Below are positions 1 through 12,048 of a DNA stretch of 54,792 bases, one piece after another. Numbering within the stretch: position 1 is the first letter of the stretch; every line of letters starts with the position of its first letter. The position numbers were made by a program, and so were the translations under genes. This DNA comes from Catajapyx aquilonaris (lineage: Eukaryota), in contig JYFJ02002569.1 in assembly GCA_000934665.2 (NCBI GenBank), positions 1 through 54,792 of the forward strand, read 5' to 3'. A model generated the notes under the pieces. The model was not told where the DNA came from, made no database searches, and worked only from the letters and a program-made list of their open reading frames with translations.

Positions 1-347
1 CAACGTCAGGAATAAATTCCACTGCCCCTGTGCCAGAGAGTCAGGTAAAACCCGGAGTAAATCCCCGAAAAACACGGTCAGGAATACACGGAAACTAACT
101 TCGAAATCCAACGATAACCCTCCCGTAAAGTATAGACTTGTGCGGATAGAGTGAACCCGGAAGGCCGGAAGTGGCGGGTCACCAGAAGTTGACCATGAAA
201 CCTATTTTGGTCACTCTCAATCCGAATATGAAAACCGTTTGTCGCTATCTCTTACGGTTTAGGCCTTTATACCTGTCCACAGACGGACGGACGGACGGCC
301 AGAGCAGTTCTGTAGGACTTTTTCCGACGAGAAAAGGTCTAGAAACT
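1..347 (+). mobile_element. 3' part of a DINE-1/HINE-like non-autonomous Helentron, lying in an intron of the Academ element
   Basis: ACAGACGGACGGACGGACGG microsatellite at ~279-298, followed by an imperfect 3' hairpin (GACTTTTTCCGACGAGAAAAGGTC, ~316-339). This layout is typical of DINE-1/HINE elements. Confidence 0.5.
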
Positions 348-506
348 GATTACACACTTCAATGTCATTATATGTGGTCGCTAATGTAATCCCATGGAGT
401 ATGAGAATGTATTATTTTTGGAACTTTAAGACGTCATAACTTTTGCAAATATGGGGTTCCGCACGAAATATTTCATTTTTGGGCATCATATATTGTCCTG
501 TATTAG

Positions 507-3500
507 CATGTGCAATTTCATCAAGATCCGACATTATCACCCCGTGACCTTCCCTTGAGTATCTTGGCCAGAGAGGATCAGGATGAAGATGCTTTGGCTT
601 TCCATAGATTTGCAAGAAATTTGAGGAAGACATTGTCTAAATTTAAAACCACTTTTGAAGGATCATTCCCCAAACACTGTGAAAGGAAGTCAGTGCCGGC
701 GGCCCTCCTAGCTGCCGTCAATACAATGTTGTACGGCAAGGCCGTTCCAAACGAAAAGGGCTACACTAGGGCATCCCTGTCCGTATCCCAGTTAATAATT
801 GTATTCAACTATCAAGATAAAGCACCAAAAGGAAATATTATTCGTCCCAGGAAACAGCGCGAGCCACCCCTTCCTGTGTTCAATGCATTGTCAACGTATT
901 ATCGGATCCGCAGCAAATGCACTAACGAGGCAATGCACAGGGCCGGTCTTGGTGTATCGGCAAACCGTGTGACAGAAATTACTTCTTCACTTTGTCACTT
1001 GGTGGTGGAGCAGGCGAAGGAAGAGGGAATTATGTGTCCATCAGTTCTAAAGAAGCAGTTGTTCACCGTTGCAGCTCTGGATAACATCGATCACAACCCG
1101 CGCAGTACGACTGCAGCACACTCCTTTCATGGAACGGGTATTTCAATCTTTCAAATTCCATTTGCTGAGGAGGGCCTACAGAGGAGCTTTGAAACCAAAT
1201 ACAAAGACGTAGACAGACCAGGCAGGCGTGATGTACCTACCTTGCCCGAGAGCTTCGCTCAAGTACCGGACTTTTTCATTCGTGATAAACAAAAGACGTG
1301 CAGCGAGGTAGCGAAGGATTTACCACTCGCGCGAGGTAAGTGTACGTTGAATGAAACCTGGCTTATCTGTTGCTTCCATCTAATATATTCGCATTCCAGG
1401 TGTCCCACCCAACCTCTGGGGAGAGGAGCGGGAGTGGCTGGATCACGTTCAGGAATGTGTAGAGAAAAATGACGAAGAAGAAAGTGCGAGTCACATATCT
1501 TGGTCTGCATTTCACGCAGACAGGGACACACACGGACGTGTTGCATCGATCAGTTCTATGCTTCCATTGTTTCATGAAAAATCAACTGACCCAGGGATGG
1601 TCAAACATGGCATGGATATCACAGCCAATATAACAAAGTTTCTTAATGGAGGACATACCCCTGTGATGTGCATGGACCAGCCTTTGTTTGCACTGGCTAA
1701 ATCGGTTCAATGGAATCACCCTGATACGTATGGAGAGAAGAAGTTTGTAGTGTTACTTGGGCCATTTCACGTGGAACAGTCATTTCTGCGCCTTCTGGGG
1801 CAACTTTTGGGTGGAAGTGGTTGGGCAACTATTGTTAGTCAGTCTAACGTACTTTCGGAGGGTTCGGCCGATGCCATCTTGAAGGTAGTAACTTATCTCA
1901 GAAATGATATTTCTTGATCTGTCGGAATCAAATTTTTGCCGACAGACAGTCCAAACTTCTTCACAATTTCAGGTCACAAATGTGAAGAGAGCCCGACATA
2001 TGCATCAATTGACAGCTTCCACCCTATCAATGCTTCTCAATGACGCATATAGGATCAGTGGGAGAGAGGACATATCCATCGATGTTTGGATAGAGGAGCG
2101 CTCAAAAGGAAATCCAACTTTCCACTTTTGGATGATGATTTTAGATCTTGAAGTTTTGATGCTGTGTTTTGTCCGCTCTTTGCGTATGGCTGACTTTGAG
2201 CTCTACAAAAGGTGCCTTCACTTAATGTGCCCGCTGTACTTCTCTCTGAATCATGTGAACTACAGCCGATGGCTGCCTGTGCACGTAAAGGACATGCACG
2301 ATCTCCCAATCACTGCTCCTGACGTGCATGCTGAATTCTCCGAAGGTAACAGGTGTCAAATACTTGGTGCTTAGGGTGCGATTGAGTGTCATATAAATAC
2401 TCATATCACGCTCTCTTCCAGGGAAATTTGTTGTCCGCAATACAGAAAGGCCTTTCTCAGCTATGGGCATCGACCAGCGTCATGAGCAGAATAACAAAGA
2501 AGAGTGAAGGGCCTCGCAGTGGGATTATCTGCAGATCCAGCATCGCTTCGTCGGTTTACGGTAGCAGCTCCGGTACTCCGTTGCATCCTGGCAGACTTCA
2601 ACGAAACGGACACTGAATCAGCCAAAGCAGACACCCACCACGAGCAGTATCCAGCTTTCCAGCATAAATTTCTACAGCAATGCATGGATTTGAAGGACAG
2701 TTTTGCTGAGTTCCAGAATCCGTTCACTCTCGATTCCTCTGACCTCATGGCTCTGGACAGTCGAGCAGTTGCCGCGGAGGAGTGCAAAAATTTCATGAAC
2801 AACTTACAAGAGATAGGGAGCTCTGCTTATGAAAAATTTATGCATGAGAGACTGCGAAGCAACACAAAAAGTATATATGACGTCATAAGAAATGTTAAGA
2901 TGTCTTTGTTTTCAACTAAGGATACCAAGAAGCCACGCCGAGCTGCAGCTATTTTGCAGGACATGCAAATGAACATTGAGCTGTATATGAGACTTTTTTT
3001 CAGCAGCTCGAGCTCGCGACCTGGACATGAAAACGTTCTTCAAGTTCGAAAATCAGGTAATTTTGAAAGACTCTATCATGACGTGTTACACGACTAACAG
3101 CGCTAATTTACCATCTTCCCTCAGAAATGTCCCCCCGCTCTGGCTAAAGGTGGCAGGATGAGGTCAGAAGGCAAGAGTGAACTGCTAGGTGTCATGGAGA
3201 CCAAAGCGGAGAGTGGCGCTGAGCCTCAAACTCAATCCTGTGATGTTATAATCGTTGATGGTGCCGCTCTTGTCCACTCAGTTGCACCGAAAGGCAGAAC
3301 ATTTCAGGAATATGTACACCGCCAACTGTTCCCACCCCTTCTCAAGCTAGCGGAAAACCTGAAGTCAACTCGACTAGACATGTGCTGGGACTTGTATTTC
3401 CCACACAGCACGAAATCTGCCACGCGAATGGATCGCGGGGAGGGAGTGAGGCGAAAGGATTTACCAACAAAAGGTATGTGACATGCCGCCAATTTGTTCG

Positions 3501-4779
3501 TCGCTCCATCTGTGCTCAACACTAAAGTTGTGTGTTCTTGCAGGTCTCATTGCACCAAACTGGAACGATTACCTCAAAAACGATGAGAATAAAAACGAGT
3601 TGTTTGTCTTCCTGGCTAATGCGTTCCTTCAGATCAATGCAAATCTTGAAGTTGTGACGAACGTCGGCAATGATCTGAAATGTCGCCTTGGTCACAGATC
3701 CAACTTAAATGACTGCCAGTGCGGAGACATGGAGGAAGCGGATGCCAGAATATTCTGGCATGCGCGCGACGCTGTTCTCCACGGAGCTACAAGCATACTT
3801 TTACGTGCCTCTGACACAGACGTTGTGGTCCTTGCCGTTTCACACTTCTTCTTTCTGCAGGACCTTGGTTTGAAGGTGGGCATTCCAAACACAAAGTCGT
3901 TGAAGGAAAACGTTCCTAATATTGCACGCATGATTCACTTATACAGGAGCTATGCATACTATGCGGTAACGCTGCCAAACACCGTCGCTACATTCCTGCG
4001 CATGCAATTGCCATTGAACTGGGGAAGGATGTGGCTGTTGCGCTGCGGGGCTTCCATGCCTTCAGTGGTTGCGACCAAGTGTCGTTTTTCGTCTCCCACC
4101 GAAAGAAGACGGCATGGAATGTCTGGATGGAATTCCCAGAGGCAACTGAGGCTTTTCAGTTCATCGGAAACCCAAATGAGGAAGTTCCAGACCACATACA
4201 TAGGCTTCTTGAGCAGTACGTGGCTCGACTTTTCATTCCAAAAAAGCGCCTCTCTGAGTTGGCAGGGCTCCGCCTTGATGAGGTCCGGGCCGCTCTGTTC
4301 GACTCGGAATACAGGCTCCAGTCTCCTCCCCCGGTCGGAGGCTGCACTTTACCAGCACACTTTGCGAGCAGCCTACGAAGCAGGGCAGATCTGGGGCTGA
4401 GCCCTTTTTGGCCCTGGCTCTCCAGTGCCTTCGCCGGAGGGCTGGGGCTGGGAAAAACAGGGCAACGGGTGGGGCCCAAAGTGGTCCGAGTTGCCATGGA
4501 TCTGGGAGTCATGCAGAGAGATCAGCGCTTGTGGTTGAAAATCTCAGTGTGAGACTCTCCGATGTTCATGCAGCAGGGCCGATATCCCCTGCATAGGAGC
4601 TTGCCGTAACTGCCACGGCAGTTGCAGCAATCAAAAGTGAGTACCAGCCCCCTCAACTTGATTGTGCTGTAAGAGTTTGGACCTAGAAATTTGACGCTAA
4701 AATATGACCCGTTTTCTGCAGGAGACACAAAGCAAATGTCACAGAGGCGGAGGAGGAAGAGGACCACTTCGATCTTTAG
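507..4779 (+). pseudogene. AcademX-type transposase/XPG-nuclease/Cys8-finger gene; spliced, 5' exons outside the window, disrupted
   Basis: Splicing GT-AG introns 1336-1399, 1885-1972, 2346-2421, 3057-3124, 3474-3543, 3876-3946 and 4637-4721 joins the ORF pieces into one protein. Motifs in order: DNIDHN..SFHGTGIS, SWSAFHA, MDQPLFALAK..GPFHVEQ, NYSRWLP, IDQRHEQNNK, FENQ-KCPPAL, IIVDG, PIN/XPG-like EEADARIFWH..SDTDV, FHAFSGCDQVS, YQHTLRA, C-terminal CG*KSQCETLRCSCSRADIPCIGACRNCHGSC. Frameshifts near 2495-2503, 2994-3000 and ~4320-4410; in-frame TGA at 4398 and 4536. Confidence 0.8.
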
Positions 4780-4836
4780 CTTTGAATGCTGCAAACAACA
4801 AATGCCTGTATGTTCCTTATATGTTATGTTATGTTC

Positions 4837-5034
4837 CAATAACCTTTGACCTGTGGGTCACAGGGGTCAGGTGTGTATGTTTTTCGGAACGTACGTGAGT
4901 AGACCTATGGATTGATATATCACACGAGTGCGAGTGGGGTGATCAGGTCAGCTCATGACAGATATTTTTGACCTAACTGATAGATCAATAACCTTTGACC
5001 TGTGGGTCACAGGGGTCAGGTGTATATGTTTTTC
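4837..5034 (+). repeat. Two 49-bp direct repeats (4837-4885, 4986-5034), subterminal to the Academ element
   Basis: CAATAACCTTTGACCTGTGGGTCACAGGGGTCAGGTGTRTATGTTTTTC occurs twice with one mismatch. A third partial TAACCTTTGACC is at ~5119. Confidence 0.9.
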
Positions 5035-6349
5035 TGAATCCCCTGCACGAGGCCTATCCATTGATGTGCTGTTTATAGGGGGTTATAGGGGAACACTGTG
5101 CCGAAATACGGTGACCTGTAACCTTTGACCTATTTGAGTTAGCCCTTTTTTCCAAAGGGAAAAAAGATCAGGATGTCGTTGCCCGGAACATATGAAAAAT
5201 TGGGGGAATTAGACCAAAGCCAAATACAATTTGAACCCATAATCGATTATTCCGCCATTTTCGTTTTGCCCAAAAAAAGGGCCACCCGGGGTCACCGACA
5301 TGCAAAGTCATAGTGTCCTTCGGGTCAAATCGAAGAGTTTAACCTAAGGAACGTGCGTGCCAAGTGGCACATTTGTATCATTACATGCGGCTTTGTACCT
5401 TATTTTGGACTTAACCAATGCCACTATAGGGAGGGAAGAGGAATGCCTCTGCATCTCCATCTATCCTTTTATAGTCGACCGTACTGGTCAGCTATCTTAA
5501 GGTCTTGAAGTCTAATCTGGTTATTCTCCATTGTCTTATGGGTGAAGATGCTCCTCGCTATTCCACCCCCTTCTTACAATGGGTTCTGATAGAGTTTCAT
5601 CATACTCTATTCTTCTACTGGAGGCTGATGAGTATCTACATAATGGGTCTGTTATCAAACTTGGACGTGTCACGGTCAGACCCCTGCTACATCTGTGGGA
5701 AACCCTTCTCATATGAGCAAACTCGTACCTGAAATAGCGCATTCCTGGAAGTTTTTGTTTTACTCCTGGATTGCGTCCTCACTTTAAATTTCGCCACCTT
5801 ACATTTCTGTATGGTGTCCCATAACTGTATGGTTTACCCCTACGTAACTTAAAATTGCAGTGTCTTTTCTTGCGTTCTGTGCGATGGACACAGTTAAATT
5901 CCGGTCAGCTACCTAGTGAATCACCCTGTAGTAAGAAACACATTATCCCCCTATAATAATAGCCTAATCTTTTTCGCCTCCGGAACGCTCCAGATGTGGC
6001 GGCCTGAAGGATTAGTGCCGCGACCGAAAGGTGGCAGAACTAATTCATCAGGCCGCCACTTTCCCTTCCCGCCAAAAGTCCTAACCGCCACCTATTTCCT
6101 TTCCCGCCAATACAGGCCCCCTGGCGAGTGCTGCCACCTTCTCATCACGGCACTAAATCGTCAGGCCGGGGGTAGGGGGCCGGCGGGTGGTGGGGTGGGT
6201 GGGGTGGGTCAGTGGCTCACTTCACACTGCGCAGTGGAGAGTAGGGTCGCTTCATTGCTGTCGGTGGTCAGTACCTTACGTCCTCACCGGTCCTCACTAC
6301 CCGCTCAGTGACTCATATCCTCACAACCCGCACAATGGACCAGGTCACC

Positions 6350-8055
6350 ACGCATGCGCTGAGTGATGTAGCACGCACGGATTTGTCAAAACTGATTAAT
6401 TTGTTGATGGGGAAAAAATTCTTGCCAGAATCCCATTTTTTGTGGCAAAAGTTTTTCCGTAGGTTTGGTGGCAGTCCCAGTGTGAAGTACCACTATTATT
6501 GCATCACTTGCCAGCAACTTCTGGGTTGCTTTGCACCCAATGTAACCCGGGAAATTGTGTGCAGTAATTCCGAGGGCCTTACGGTTAATACTGTTGGGAG
6601 TAATGGTTATGGTAACTATTTCATACAGCTCTCTGTGAAGGAGCAACTAATTCATGTCATGGAGAATTCAAATAATGGATCCATAATAACTAGCAATGCC
6701 TGCTGCAGGGTGCGCAATGGGAATGAGACGAATCTGGAATGTTTCCGTAGTGGGAAAATGTACCAAGATTTTATAAGGACAGAGCAAGGCACATCTTCTA
6801 CAATTATGAATAACGATCTCACTCTCACTTTGAATTTTGATGGGGCGCCAGTTTTTAAGTCCAAGAATATATCTATTCATCCCATTCAGCTGGCTGTAAA
6901 TGAACTCCATGGTAATAAGGAGAAGTATGATAACATCATTCTAGCAGGATTGTGGTGTGGCCAGTCAGACCCTGATGTGAACATGTTCTTTCAGCCACTG
7001 GTAGAGGAGATGAAGGAACTAGGCTCAAATGGGTTTCAGTGGGAGTTAGGAGGGAAGAAAATTAGGTCACGTGCATTTATTCTTTGTTGTGTCACGGATT
7101 CCAAAGCTAGGCCTCTGGTGATGAACTGCAAACAGTTTAATGGGTACCATGGCTGCCCTTGGTGTTACCACAAAGGTGTGTCAGTTACTGGGGAGCGAGG
7201 TCAGGCAATATAATCAAATATCCATTTCATGGCTACAACAAGGAGAAGACAGCTTCAGCTTACAAAATTTTTGCCTTGGAAGCGGTGAATACTGGAGTTG
7301 ACCAATATGAGATAAAAGGCCCTACCGTACTGGCCTTACTGCCATATTTGAAGATGCCATTTAGTTGCCCCCCAGATTATATGCACTGCGTGTTGTTAGG
7401 GGTAGCAAAATTCATGAGTGGATTGTGGTTTGATTCCGATGCAACCAAAGTCGAATATGGCGTTTCAAACGAAATGAAACAGGTAGTGGATAAGAGGCTT
7501 TGCCAGGTGCGGGTTCCTCAAGAATTTCGAAGACAGCCACGTTCTTTACAGGAGAGATGTAACTGGAAAGCAACCGAGTGGTTTCATTGGCTCATCTATT
7601 ATGCATTGTTTTGTATGCATGATATTCTCCCACAACCTATTCTGGAACATTTCCTTCTTCTGTCACGGAGTGTGTACTTATTAATGCAGGATAAGATATC
7701 GAAACGCGATTTGGATGAAGCAGAAAATTGTATATTCAACTTTGTGAAAAATTTTGAGAAGTTCTATGGTTTATTCAACATGCGATTCAATGTCCATATT
7801 CTTTTACACCTCACTAGAGCTGTACAGAATTACGGACCTCTGTGGGTATTCTCTGCTTTTGCGTTTGAAAGTAACAATGGTATTCTACTCAAGTATGTGA
7901 AGGGTACAAGGAGTGTGGGCCCACAAATTGTTACTAGATTTCATGCAAAACAATCACTTCTTCATATTTCTGAACATTGTGGGGCCTCTGCTGATACTTT
8001 GTCAACTTTCTCAATTGGACTATCAGGCAAGAAGTCTTCAAAATATGTACATTGA
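6350..8055 (+). pseudogene. CMC superfamily (EnSpm/Mirage-like, Transposase_21-type) transposase, 5'-truncated and frameshifted
   Basis: Motifs HYYCITC, LTLNFDGAPVFKS, LAGLWCG..PD..FFQPLVEE, CVTDSKAR..KQFNGYHGCPWC, DYMHCVLLGV, WKATEW, HILLHL..YGPLWVFSAFAFES. Frameshift near 7190-7210; TGA at 8053. A degraded C-terminal continuation may run to ~8540. Confidence 0.85.
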
Positions 8056-8584
8056 GCTGTGCAATATGGAATAGTATTTGGCTCCAGCAGGAGGGTAAAA
8101 AAGAGTGATCTTGTTGATCTGCAAGGTGCACCAGGAGAGATTTTTGGTCAAGGTGATTGTTTTATCACAATTCATGCAGGGGCTAAAGTTAGAGGCCGAA
8201 CATATCGCACAATCAGCTATACGAGGTCAAGCAAGTGTTGTGATGCTATTGTATGGGTATGGAGCGATTGTACATATAGTGTCCAAAAGAGATGGCAACA
8301 TGGAGATGGGTTATTTTGTGATAAGAAAATTGCACCTGTTGCAGCAGACGTTATTTGATGCTGCTGATGTACCAGAATCACCCTTGTTACGTATCCTTAT
8401 GAAAAGTAGCTGCAAGCATGTGAAGGTGATGCTTGATGATGGTTTTGTAACTGTAGAATTTGAGTATGTCACCAAGTGTGTCCGTGGACAGCTATTTTCT
8501 AATGTGTCACAAATTGTGTCTCCTGTTCTCAATAAAATATTAGCTATCATTTTAATTATAAATTATTTTCTTCTAGCTATCTTT

Positions 8585-8765
8585 CCCAGCAGATATATAT
8601 CCAGCATCCAGATATATATCCCAGCAGATATATACCAGCAGATGTATATAATTTTGGTCCTTATTTTTTATATATATCCATGAAGGATAGCATGGACCTC
8701 CATGATATCTATCCATGGAAAATGTCATGGATATCCATAATATTCATATGGATATTTTGACTGAG
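8585..8765 (+). repeat. Subterminal repeats and probable right terminus of the CMC element
   Basis: Repeated CCAGCAGATATATA units (8585-8650) and ATGGA/TCCAT palindromic units end in ATATTTTGACTGAG. Its reverse complement CTCAGTCAAAAT resembles the CCCAG-type termini of animal EnSpm-like elements. Confidence 0.55.
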
Positions 8766-9237
8766 CACTGAGCAGTGCTCACAGAGCTGAGCGCTCAAGC
8801 GCTGCAGGTGGAATCTGCCCGTAGCTTCTGGCACCGAGTCACAGCTGACAGGCACACTAACTTTTGACATGACCAATTTACCACCATGACACCAGCACCA
8901 CTATGCAATATCAATATGCATACAACATTGCATTGTTATTTCTGTGTAGGGGGATCATGTTTTCATCAGGAAAATCACCTAAAAGTATCTGGTGATGCCA
9001 CGTAGATACACAAACTTTAAATTATCTAGAAGAGATAAGAGATAGGCCTACTCATTTTGGTATTTATATACTCCCCATCACTGGTCTTTGACATACCTTT
9101 ACAGGAAGGTATACTATTATGTATAATGTAGCTATTAGTTTTCTACTCATGTATTTTTTTTCTGACACATTGCAATCAACGTTTGGGAAAGTTTTGTTGC
9201 GTTTCATGCATTCCAAGACGTAATAGTATTGTGCGTC

Positions 9238-9470
9238 CTAATGAAATGGTGACGAGAGTCCTTGAAGGAAACATTGCTGTTCCATGTAGGACCCGTTCCA
9301 GGTTGAAGAAACTGCCGTGAGCCAGCACTGATCCCACTGTCGTGGAAGCTGGGATATGCCTTTCCCTGGGCTATGATCGAGCAACCAGTTTGTCACAAGG
9401 TTCTGCATCTCGGCGTCCGATGCAAACATTTGCCAGGCTTTGACCTTTCAGATATTTCTTGAGGGGGCCG
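9238..9470 (-). pseudogene. Mariner transposase C-terminal fragment
   Basis: GPLKKYLKG...FASDAEMQNLVTNWL...GISQLPRQWDQC...GSY matches the mariner C-terminus. Confidence 0.7.
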
Positions 9471-9533
9471 ATTATTATTACATGCAATTTACGTCAGATA
9501 TTCCTGTGTGAATACCATTTTACCGATTTATTT

Positions 9534-10090
9534 GAAGCAGTGAGAACCAGAAGTTGATAAGTCCATTTTTGGCGATTTTGAGATAAGGGCAAATTCTAGG
9601 CCCCTATCAGACATACTTTCATAGAAAAATGTTTTATCCCAGCCAGAAGTCCCCTTTTCAGACCGGGATACTCTTAGCACTGAAGAGAAAATTCGTGCCA
9701 GATGTTGATAAATCCAAAAAGAGCCTTCATAAAAAATGTATTTAGAATTATTGTCATCACATTCCGGCCTAATAAAGGGACTAAAATTAATTTAGGAGAT
9801 ACTATTTCCCTGCATTTCCTCACTTAAGTGGTTAAAAATTAAAATTAAAATTTCTACAAGCCAGAAGTTGCAAAGTTCAAGGCGGAAATTATTATTTTTT
9901 TCTCCTGCAGTGTAGGCACTTGATACTCCATATTTACATTATATTAACTTACAATCATAGTGATATCATATAAAAATAACCGAGACTGTAATGTCAGAGA
10001 AAGGTATTTCAAACATTATGTGAAACTTTCAAACTGCTCTCCTGAAAAATAGCAAAAATGGACTTAACAACTTCTGGTTCTCACTGCTTC
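9534..10090. mobile_element. Non-autonomous TIR element (MITE), Sola1-like
   Basis: ~37-bp TIRs GAAGCAGTGAGAACCAGAAGTTGATAAGTCCATTTTT / AAAAATGGACTTAACAACTTCTGGTTCTCACTGCTTC. 4-bp TSD ATTT at 9530-9533 and 10091-10094. Internal CCAGAAGT motif copies. Confidence 0.8.
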
Positions 10091-10194
10091 ATTTGCAATT
10101 TTATACAGGAAATGGACACTTACAGCTAATAAGCTGCTGTTTTAGTAGCTGCGTTCTGAATATAAGGAACACCATCATTTAAATCGCGACATCT

Positions 10195-10900
10195 TTGAAA
10201 CCGAAGCAGCACAAACGGCCATAGTCGAGCACAAATAAGCACAAATCGGGCACAATCGATTGGCCCAATTGAAATTTTGAAATTCGCTAAACTAGTGCTG
10301 TGGTGACCATAGTTAACTTGGCACCACCACAATATTGACCTCGCTGTATCTCGAGACCGGTTCCAGCACAAATCCCCATCTTCGGGCACAAATCAGCACA
10401 AACGAAGCGCAAACGATTGGCACTGTTGAAATTTCGACATTCTAAAGTGGTTGGGATACCGTTACCCTGGCCCAACCAAATTGAAATCGCGATAACTCTG
10501 AAACTAAACCAGCACAAACGCCCATATTCGAGCACAAATGAGCATAAACCGGGCACAAACGATTGGCCCAGTTGAAAATTTGAAATTCGCTGAACTAGTG
10601 CTGTGGTGACCAGCGTTAACTTGGCCCCACCACAATATTGACCTCGCTGTATCTCGAGAACGGTTCCAGCACAAATCCCCATCTTCGGGCACAAATCAGC
10701 ACAAACGAAGCGCAAACGATTGCCATAGTTGAAATTTTTGAAATTCGCTTTATTTCGAAAGCGCTAACCTGGCCCAACCAAATTAAAATTGCTATAGCGT
10801 TGAAACCAAGCCAGCACAAACGCTCATATTCGAGCACAAATCAGCACAAACGTAGCACAAACGATTGCCATCGTTCAAATTTCGAAATTCGAAAGTGGTT
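10195..10900. repeat. Tandem repeat, ~303-bp period, built from two diverged ~150-bp monomers rich in AGCACAAA
   Basis: AATATTGACCTCGCTGTATCTCGAGA occurs at 10331 and 10634. GCACAAA clusters recur about every 150 bp. Confidence 0.85.
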
Positions 10901-11086
10901 GAGCCAGTTTAACGGACATGTCAGACTCCACCTTGCTGTGCCATCACATCGCAAATTACATCCTTCCCTTCGTGGGCTCTGAACTGAACAGGTGAGCTCG
11001 AATTCAGTACATAGTGGTTGGTTTAATTGGCAAAATTGTTGCGAAGGTAACTACGAAACGAATGAGTTACTCCCAAGGAGTTCTGC

Positions 11087-11416
11087 AATATAATATAATA
11101 CCTAGAGGAGGTACTCCCTATCCTTTTCCATTGGACAGGCTGAGGCAGCCGCCATCTTGTTGGAGGTCATATTGTTGTTCTAACAGTTGTCTAGCAACTG
11201 GGACAACAACCAATAATGACAACTGGGCGACAATTAGTTCAATAATGTCAGGCGTCCGCCATCTTGTTGGAGGTCATATTGTTGCCTGCATTGTTGCCTG
11301 CCTCACATTTCAGGCCGAGTACCTCCTCTAGGTGTATATATAATATAGCAGAACTCTTTGGTTACTCCTATGGAAAAGTATTTCATAACCCGAGCAACGC
11401 CGGGTATCCTGCTATA
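11087..11416 (+). mobile_element. Short non-autonomous Helitron-like element with degenerate ends
   Basis: 3' hairpin CCCGAGCAACGCCGGG (11388-11404) followed by TATCCTGCTAT. AT-rich 5' end. Internal direct repeat CCGCCATCTTGTTGGAGGTCATATTGTTG occurs twice. Confidence 0.5.
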
Positions 11417-11731
11417 AGTATAAGTGAAAGTAATGTTTCCCTAGGTTTGTTGGTCGCTGATTTATATTGAGGATAGTTTTGACCCAAGCCTGCACAGGGT
11501 GTACCAAGAACACTATCGAATTTAAGAATATGTTGAATAAACAAGTGGGTGCAAATTTTACTAATATTTCTGTTTTCGGCGTGGCTGATTTACGTGGTTT
11601 TCGAGGCTACTGCCAACCCAGACCTCTACAAACTGTATGAAAAGCATGGTTTTATTGCCATTGGGGAGTTGTCGGAAGATGCTGAAGAGGCGAGAAACAG
11701 GAACATTGGACATATTAGCAGTCCCTAGATA

Positions 11732-11826
11732 CACTGTAAATCGCAAAACATTAGAAGAGCATTAAAAATTGATGTTCCATGAGAGACTCGCCAGTGATGC
11801 TCTTTTAATGTTTGCGGTTTACAGTG
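11732..11826. mobile_element. 95-bp foldback MITE with CACTG...CAGTG ends flanked by TA
   Basis: TA-CACTGTAAATCGCAAAACATTAGAAGAGCAT / ATGCTCTTTTAATGTTTGCGGTTTACAGTG-TA. Confidence 0.7.
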
Positions 11827-12048
11827 TACTGCAGTTGCAAGGTAACGCCAGCACCGCATATGCCGAAAAATAAACATTTAAGGACTGCTAATATCTACAG
11901 CACTGTACCGGGGACACCACACTCGTAAACATTCCCATAGGGACAACGAAATGCATAGCTCTTCCGAATTCTTCTGATCAGCTCTGATCCGAATAGAAGT
12001 GCCACCACAAGAAGCACGAGAAGCTCAACAAAGATGTCACGCCATTAA

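Larger units (their letters stand above)
507..5426 (+). mobile_element. Academ (AcademX) DNA transposon, right part; probable right terminus ...AATGCCACTA at 5426
   Basis: Protein architecture as above, TGACC-rich subterminal repeats at 4837-5135, and an end that reads TAGTGGC... on the minus strand. The left TIR is not in the window, so the terminus cannot be confirmed. Confidence 0.65.

Noticed and set aside
510..4552. Operon-like series of separate ORFs or programmed frameshifting
   Set aside because: The breaks are explained by GT-AG introns plus a few inactivating mutations in a single gene.
5505..5742. Short ORFs or a possible reverse-transcriptase fragment between the two transposons
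   Set aside because: No convincing motif, and stops interrupt the candidate frames.
10126..10982. Repetitive ORFs, and a possible CRISPR-like array, over the AGCACAAA repeats
   Set aside because: The ORFs are by-products of the tandem repeat. There are no unique spacers or cas genes, and the context is eukaryotic.
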